This document shows, in pieces, positions 7,601 through 16,600 of a DNA stretch of 25,376 bases. The position numbers were made by a program, and so were the translations under genes. Numbering within the stretch: position 1 is the first letter of the stretch; the number at the start of each line of letters is the position of its first letter. The notes beneath the pieces are model-generated. The model made no database searches and had not been told where the DNA came from. It saw nothing but the letters and a program-made list of their open reading frames with translations. The stretch is from a virus (lineage: Duplodnaviria > Caudoviricetes): positions 1 through 25,376 of IMG/VR virus record IMGVR_UViG_3300034812_000312; one strand, 5' to 3'.

Positions 7601-10600
7601 GATACTTAGAAGAAAAAACTTCAATTATTTCCACTATAATTGAAAATCAGTTTCCTCAACACGTACAGGAAAATAATCCGTTATTTTTAAATTTCTTATC
7701 AGAATATTATAAATCACAAGAGGGCAAATATGGTCCTCTTGATATTGCTGCAAATTTAACAGATTATTATAATATAACCTATTTTAGACCAAACAGATTA
7801 GTGGAATCTGTTGAATTGACATCTGACATTAATGATAGTGTTACTACTATCCCAGTTTTTAGTACAAAAGGTTATCCAGAGAAAGGATATATTAAAATTG
7901 ATAATGAGATAATTTATTACGAAGATAAAACAGAAAAATCATTTAATAATTGTATCCGAGGAACAAAAGCTTTAGTTTTAAGCAATATTCCAAAATCATT
8001 AGTAACATTAGAAACATCTGTTAAGTCAAATCATTTAAAAAAAGTAGAAGTATATAATATTGCATATAATTATTCAAAAGAATTTTTTAATAGGATTAAA
8101 TCTGAAATTGGTGTGCAAATTCCAGAGGTTCTGGATGAGTCTTTAGATGTAGGTGAATTTTTAAAGAAAATTAAATCATTCTATTCCGCTAAGGGTAGTT
8201 TGAATTCTCATAGAATAGTATTTCGTATATTATTCAATGATAGAAGGTTTGACCTAAAACTAAAGCCCAGAGGTAGCGGCGCAGTTTTAGAAATTCCTAA
8301 TTTAGATGGTAGTATTCCAAATCCAACAACTTTTAACATTCCAGATAGTGTTTTTATTAAAAATGGTGGATCTGGTTATGATAATAGGAAGGTAACTACT
8401 CAAGGTGCATTAGTAAGTTCTCCTGTAGTAGATATTTTTGGTACTGGTACTGGAATTGTAAATCCAACTACAAAAATTAGAGATAATACAACTGCAGTCA
8501 TCAGAGTAACTGATGTTGATGATACTGGAGCAATTACCAATATTTCTGTAGATGATATTGGTGAAAATTACTTCGGTCCAATTAGAGCAAAGGTAAGACC
8601 AAGAAAATTTGAAGAAGATCAGATTGTCACAAATCTCGATGGTACTGGTGTAGCGAGAGTAGAATACTATGAGGCTAAAAGTGATAATTTAATTTTATAT
8701 GATGTAATTGGTAATTTTAGACAGGGACAGGAGATATTCTCAACTTCTGGTGAACAACCAAGAGCGTTTATATCTAATTTACCAGATGTAAATTTTAAAA
8801 CGAGAAAAGGTGTAGAAATCCTTAGTGAAGAACAACAAATTGAATTTCCTAGAGAATATACTTTTAGAACTTCAAATACTCAAGCATCAACTAGACAAAT
8901 TATTCGTTGTAAATTAATTGAAGGAAATAATTTACCAAATGATACCTTACCAAATGTTTTTTCACTCAAACAAAAATCTGATAAGTTGTTTGGTGTAAAA
9001 GGAGTAAATATTGAGGTAGATAATAGAATTTTCTTAACTGACGATATTTTTGAATTTGAAATTGGTTCTAATACTGATATAGACGACATTTATCTACAAC
9101 CAGATACTGTAATTACAAAAGGACTTACAATTAACAGTAGTACTGATATTATTACTGTAGATGATGCTTCATCATTCCCAATATCAAATGGTATTTTAAA
9201 CATTAAAGGTAATGAAGTAATTTACAGATCTAGAACATCACAACAGTTCTTTGGATGTTCTTATACTGGTACTCCTTTTACGGTTGATGTCAAAGATGTT
9301 GTAATTTCTTTCGGTCGTTATAAATTAGTTGAAAAACAAGAAGAAGATCCAGAAAATTCTGGTAATGTCGTAGAAAAAAATAAATGGACAACTAATGTTA
9401 GAGTTGCAACCGGCGACTACAGATTTTATGACGATAATCTCTATATTGCAGAAAATTCTGGTATAACTGGAACGATAGCACCATCACACACTACAGGAAT
9501 AGTATCTGATGGTAAAATTGAATGGAGATATTACGACACCAATAGATATGATCATTCTTTCTATATCGATCAGGATTCAAAACCAAGATTTAGAGTTTTT
9601 GGATTACCTGGCGAAGTAGTAATTGATCAAAGTGGATCTTTAAACAGTTTAACTAAATATGAGTTTGCTAATTTTGATAGTCCTAATATTGATGTTTATA
9701 ATTTTAAATTAGATAATGAATTAGCTGCAGATCGATCAGATAGACTTGCTCTACTTTTAAGTTCAAACTACAACAGATCTAGAGATACAGTTACAGATTC
9801 TAGACTACCTTCATTTGGTTCATTGACCGGGTTTAACACTCACTATGATTATGCAGATCATGTTTATATTGCAACATCATGTGTTCCTCCATGGTGGAGT
9901 GATATTATTTCATATCCAGCACCAGGTCAGGATATTCCAGCTAATGATTTAAAGAAAGTAAGTTTTAAAAATCAAAAAGCAGTCACTAGATGGGCAAAAT
10001 CTGCTATTCTTTATAGTACGCAAGGTGTCTCTCAGTTTAGGAAGAATAAAAAATTAGTTGGTCTTCAGGTAGACGCGATTCAAGTAAATTCATATAAAGG
10101 TAATACCGTACAGTATGGATATCTTGATAAATTCTCGTTAGCACTTGGTGGTAATTATGGTGTCTCATATACAGAATCTGGTGGTATAGCAACTGCATTC
10201 GATACAACCAAGAATCCAAAGTTAGCTGTAACAGAAGGATCTACTACTTTAAATATCAACAATTCAAATAATTTAACTAAGATTTCTGCTAGTATATCTA
10301 AAATTAACTTTGCAGAGTTATTTGCTCAGTATTCATCAGAATTATCTGGTTTTACTTCTGAACCATCTATAACAGTTATTAATCAAAACCCACAGAACGT
10401 AGTTAAATTTGAAAATGTTTCAGCGTCGGGTAATACTTATCCAGGAATTAACGTTACCGATGATATTGTAACGGGATCTTCCCACGGATTTAAAACTGGA
10501 GATAAAGTAACATATATTAGCGATGATAACTATTTCCAATCATTAATTCCTAATACAGAATATTTTGTCAGAGTATTGAGTTCTAATACATTTACCTTAC

Positions 10601-13600
10601 ACAAGACAAAATCAAATGCTTTATTAAATAATGCTAAAGTAGTATTAGCTCCAAACTATATTAGTGTTGCAACTGCAAACAACCCAGGTGTACCAGTAGT
10701 TCAATCTAATGTATCATTTAGATTTGAGGGTGATTTTAAAAATCCATATACTGGTGCTGAAGATGCTTTATTGGAGGTAAGTTATAAAAATGGAAACATT
10801 GACAATATTGTTATTAGAGATTCTGGTAAGGGATATATAAATCTTCCAAAAATTGTAATTAGTAATGGGGGAAAATCAGATTTTGAAATTCCTTTTAGTA
10901 AGAATGGTGTAAAATTTGTTGAAATGAGTGGACCACTAGTTTCTTACTATAATTTTGATAATAAAGACTATAATACAATTTTAGTGAATGATTCTGCTGG
11001 CGTATATGCATCAATAACTAATACTTGGGAAAAAACTCCAACAGTTGAAATTGTTAGTGGTAGAAACGCTGCGGCAACCGCTTTCCTTGCAAACGGAAAA
11101 CTTAATTCGGTTGTACTATCAAATGCTGGTGAGTTTTATGAAATTGCTCCTATAGTAGAGGTTCTTGGTGATGGTAAAGATGCTGTAGTAACAGCATCTA
11201 TAACTGCTTCTGGTGAAATTGAACAATTTACTATTGTTAATCCTGGTTCTGGATATACTACTGCACCAACGATTAAGATAACACCTGTAGGTGGCGGTGG
11301 TGCAATTTCAGCATCATTGAAAGAATGGACATTTAATCTAGTAAGACAATTAGGTGAACTTGGTCGTATTGATAATCATGGTGGATATGTATATGATAGT
11401 GCAGATTCTAAACCAACCTCAAATAATCCTAAATCATTTAAGTTAATTGATTATAAAAATGATTTTCCATCTGACATAGATCAATCACAGTACTACTTGT
11501 TAAAATCAAGTAGAAAGTTGGCAGCACGTCAGATTAGAAATTCTGCTCCTGATGTTTTACTAGGTGCAATTGCAGCTGCTGCAGGAAAAACTGTTGCAAA
11601 TCTTACCGATGATGAAATATTAGGAACCAGTGGAAATGCTACAGTTGATGCCGTAACGGCATCTGCTCATTCTTTACCATATCTAGTTTCTTACGATGGT
11701 ATCCCAACTTACGATGGTGGAAAACTTTTAACGAAACGAAATGTTGCTTTTGATGCAACTAATAATCCTTTAACAGAAGCAGAATCACGTTATAAGTTAA
11801 AATATACCACTTCACCCACAAATGACGTTACTGAAACATCTAAAACCATAGGTGGTACATTATATTATTTTAGTAGAGTTGGTGGACCATCTACTGCAGA
11901 CTATCCTATCGGAAGTTTTATTGAAGATTATGAATTTGTGGAAGGTGATGATAATGCACTAGATATTCATAATGGTAAATTTTCCGTAACTCCAGAATTT
12001 CCAAATGGAAGATATATCTATGCCGCAACTCAAAAATCATATGATTCTGCAACCAATGCAATTGTAGCAGATCAAAGTATTGATTTTGGTGGATTCCCTT
12101 ATTTTGTTGGAGACACATTTGCATCTGAATATGATGATTATATGAATAACAGATGTAGAACTAATGATAAGATTCCAAAAGCATTTAATAGGGCATTTGA
12201 AAAAAATGTTCTTAGAGTTGTTTCAAATGGAGACCCTACGTATTTTGGAACTATTCCATCTGGTTTTAACTGGTTTAATGGTTTAGATCACAATGATGAG
12301 TATCCTAAAGAAGACACAGATAAAATTAGATCAGTTGCTGGAACTTCAGCAGTTTCTGGCGGCGCAGTTGATGCAATTATTTTAGAGAATAAAGGATCTG
12401 GTTATAATGTAGGTGATAGATTAAAAGTAGATAATTCAAAAACTTTTGGTTCTGGTTTCTCAGGATTTGTTTCTAAAATTGGTGGTAAAGAATTAATTAA
12501 TTCTTTTATAAAAACACCTGATTTTAAAACTGTTACTTTCCAAACAAAAGTTGCAAATGAGTTAGCTATTGGGGATTTAATAGAATTTAAATATACCACT
12601 ACTGGAGTTGATTTTGCAGATTCTCCAATTTATCTTTTAGAAAATAATACCGCTCAACCAGTTAGTCCAAATGTAGTAAAATTAGATAATATAGAAGTTT
12701 CTATTAGAGATGGTCAATCGATTGATACTTTAAAAGATAAATTAATATATTCAGTTTCTTTGAATTCAGAATTTAAATATGAATTGCAACTACCAGGAAA
12801 TAGTGAAATTAAAATCACATATGACATCGAATCAATAAATGAATTTTTCACGTTGGTTCCTTCACCAACTGATACTGTTAGATTGGATATGACTGCGTTA
12901 CCAAACAGGGTGTATCTACATGTTACAACTTCCGGTAGCACTGATGAGTGGATTTATCAAATTGATAAAGTTAGAGATTATAAAGGATCACATACAGTAA
13001 TTGATGTAAACTCTGGATTAAATCAATTTACTGTCCAATTCCCAGAAAGTACATATTCATTTGAACAAAGATTTTTGAGTTATGATGCTCAATCATATGG
13101 TGCTAATGGTCCAATTGAAGAGGTAACAATTACTGGTACTGGTAATAACTATAGAAAACTACCACAAATTGTTGGTCTTATTAAGAAAGGTACATTAGAT
13201 GATCCAGCTGGCGATGGGACCGCAATACTACAAACCAATTCCGATACTATTGGTAAGATAAAAAGAATTTATTATGATTCAATTGGAACATCATTTACAT
13301 CAAACAATAATGTAAATTATTATTTAAATTTACCAGCCACGGCAAAAATTATTAATAACTTTGAGATATATGATGTAGAAATTGTGACTGCAGGTCAAAA
13401 TTACGATAATGTAATTACAATTTTGGTTGATGGTGATGCTAATAAAGCTACACTAGAAGCTACAGTTAGATCTGGAACTATAACCAATGTTAAAGTTGTT
13501 GATGGAGGAATGAATTTCTCCAAAGAACCAGTATTAACAATTAAATCAAATAATGGTACTGGTGGTTCATTGAAAGCAAAAATTAGAAGAAAAGCTATCC

Positions 13601-16600
13601 CAGTTGGTTTAGAATTGACTGGAAAAATTAATTCTATTTTGTTCCCAATTGAAGTAAAAGTTAAAACGGTATCTTTTGACGAATTTATATCTGTACTTGA
13701 GTTTGACGAAGTTGCTGGTCAGTATAAAGAAAATGATATCATCTACATGGGTGGTAAACCATATGGAAAAATTGTCAGTATTAGAAGAACTAAAGCATAT
13801 GCAAAAGTCAAACCATATGCTACATTAAATGTACAGAGATCAGACGTACAAGGAAATACTAGTGAATTCTTACAAAAAATAACTGACAGTGATTATTATC
13901 AAGATTGGTCTTATTCATTAACTTCATCTAGAGATACTAAAGAGTGGAGAAAAGATCAAGACGCTTTAACACACCCAGCTGGATTTAAACAGTTTGGTAA
14001 AAAACGTATTGAGAGAAGAAAGTCAGTATTTAAAGATCAACAGGAAATATTTAAGAGTAATGTTGCCTTCGCAACTAAATTCTTTAATACAATTGATTTA
14101 AAAACCAAACTCGGAAAATGTGAAACCCAAAGATTATTCTTTAGTGACACTAGTTCATTTACAGTTGGTGAATATTATTTTGGAATTACATCAACTGCTA
14201 TCGGTGAAATTATTCAGGTTACTGAGTTCTTTATCCGAGTTAGAATCAGAAATAGTACAAAATTCATACCAGATGAATCTATTGTAAGAATTTCTCTAAA
14301 CTATGCAGTTGGTTTAAATCCAGGTACATACAAGTCAATAATTACTGCTAATGGTATTTTACAAGAACCAGTAGAATCTTATGATGTGTCTACAGATTTC
14401 CTAAGTATTCAGAGTTTTATTCCTAGATTTGATTTAAATACAAATGATGAGATTTTATGGCATAAATTACAAACTCCATTTACTGACTTGGATGATCAAG
14501 TGTTACCGGCCGCTGCAACTACATTCTCTTTAACTGAAAAATCAAATGCAGTATCTATTGACACTAGTAATAAAGAAAAATTTATAATTTCTATTGCAGG
14601 ATCTGTTCAAAATCCATCTAATTTTACAGTATCCAATAATATTGTAAATATTACCAATTCTCCTAACTATGACAGTAAAGTATTTGCTATTAAACACGAT
14701 AAATTACGTCAATTAACATTTACTGGTTCTGGTACGACTTATACATTAAATTATACACCAACTGGACATTGTAATCTTCTAATTTTTGTCGAAGGTGCTT
14801 CTCAGTCACAATTACTAACAGATTTTACACTATCTGGTAACACAGTTACTTTTAGTGAGACTGTTGATGCTACAAAATTATTTGGTTGGGAAATCAATGA
14901 AACTGTTACTTGTGAAAAGATAAATGTAAATGATTTATTGGGTCTAAGGACCACGATGATATTAGATTGTGTAACTAAGAGATTTAGACAAAATATTCAT
15001 GCGAGTGCAGTTAAGCACCCAGATCAAATATTTGAAATACAAAAGAAACAAATTACCGGAACAGTAATTCCAGAAAGTAGTACTAGTGTAACTGGTTTTG
15101 ATACTAAATTTACATATACTACTCCAAGATACTCCAAGAGTTATGTTGAAGTGTTAGATCCATTAACATTTAATGGTTCAACCACATCATTTACATTACA
15201 GAAAAATGGAGAAAATTATACTCCTCAAAACGGTGAAGAAAGTTTAATTATTCAAACTAATATTGGTGGTACTAAACACGTTTTAGATCACACAGAATAT
15301 GTTGTAAGTGGTTCTACAATAACCTTTAATACCGCATATGCTGCATCTGTAAAAGCAACTATCCTTGATTATGAAAGCACCTACCTTTCCAATGTTTCAA
15401 ATGAGAGTGGAAGTGTATTAGATAGACTCTTTACCAAACTAGATGGATCTAGAAGAACATTCAGTGTTTCAGCTGATGGTGTTCCAATCTATTCAAAAAA
15501 TGTTGGTGATATCTTTACTATTAAAAATGGAAAACTATTACCACCCGATTCTTCACAACATAGTATAACTGATAACAAAATTACATTTGTAGATGCTCCA
15601 ACTTCGTCTGATTCGATAGTTTTAGCTCACTTTAACCGACAGTTATTACCTGAATACACGAATAACATTGTTATAGACAAATTTGTCTGCGCTGATGGTG
15701 TTACAACTGATTTCCCATTAAGTTTTAATGGACAAACTGGTTCAATACCTTGGAATAACATAAATCACATCTTTATTGTTAGAAACGGTGTATATCAAGA
15801 ACCAGGTGTAGATTTTACTATTGTAAATCAAAATATTCTCAGATTTGCAACAGCACCAACTAAAGAAGAATCTGGATTGATATTTGGATATGTGTCTCAA
15901 GCAGGCGCAACTCAAAATTTAAAGTTAGATGCATTAACCGGATTTAATGGTTCTACTGTTCAATTCCAGTTAAAACACAGTGGAACAAATTTTGTTCCTC
16001 CCGACCAAGATGATATATTCCTTGTTAGAAACGGTGTTATACAAAGACCTGTTGCAGATTATCAGGTCAATGGAACAGGTTTGATAACATTTAATAGTGC
16101 TCCTGCAGCGTCAGAAAATATGTGGATCCTTTACACCCACAATTCTACTATTCAAAATCTCTATAATATTACATCGCAAAGTAGTAGTGTAAGTAGACTT
16201 CAATGGGCGATCGGTGATCCAGCCGCTGATCCAGCTGATATTAATGATTATGTGGTTTATGCAGATGGTGTTCCTAGATTCGCTCAAAGAGGTGATTGGG
16301 TCTTTGATACCAGTACTGCTGGTGGTAATACTCCATATAGAGCAATATTCTTAACTCATACCGATGGCATACCACCACAAAACGTGATGGTCATTAAACA
16401 TGCCAATACAACTTTACTCGATGATCTTGAAGAGTGTCCAAATGGAACCAGACAATCATTTAGAGTTCTCAAAGATGGTAAGATGGTAGTAGATGCTCAA
16501 ACTCAGTCTACGGATATAATGGCTATTGTGAATGGAGTTGTATTAAAAAAATATAATCAATATACAGTATCTGGATCTTCAATTATAACTTTTGCAACCG

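Noticed and set aside
11690-11718. 11-bp direct repeat CTTACGATGGT (YDG..TYDG)
   Set aside because: Only two copies, explained by the encoded protein; no array or att-like context.
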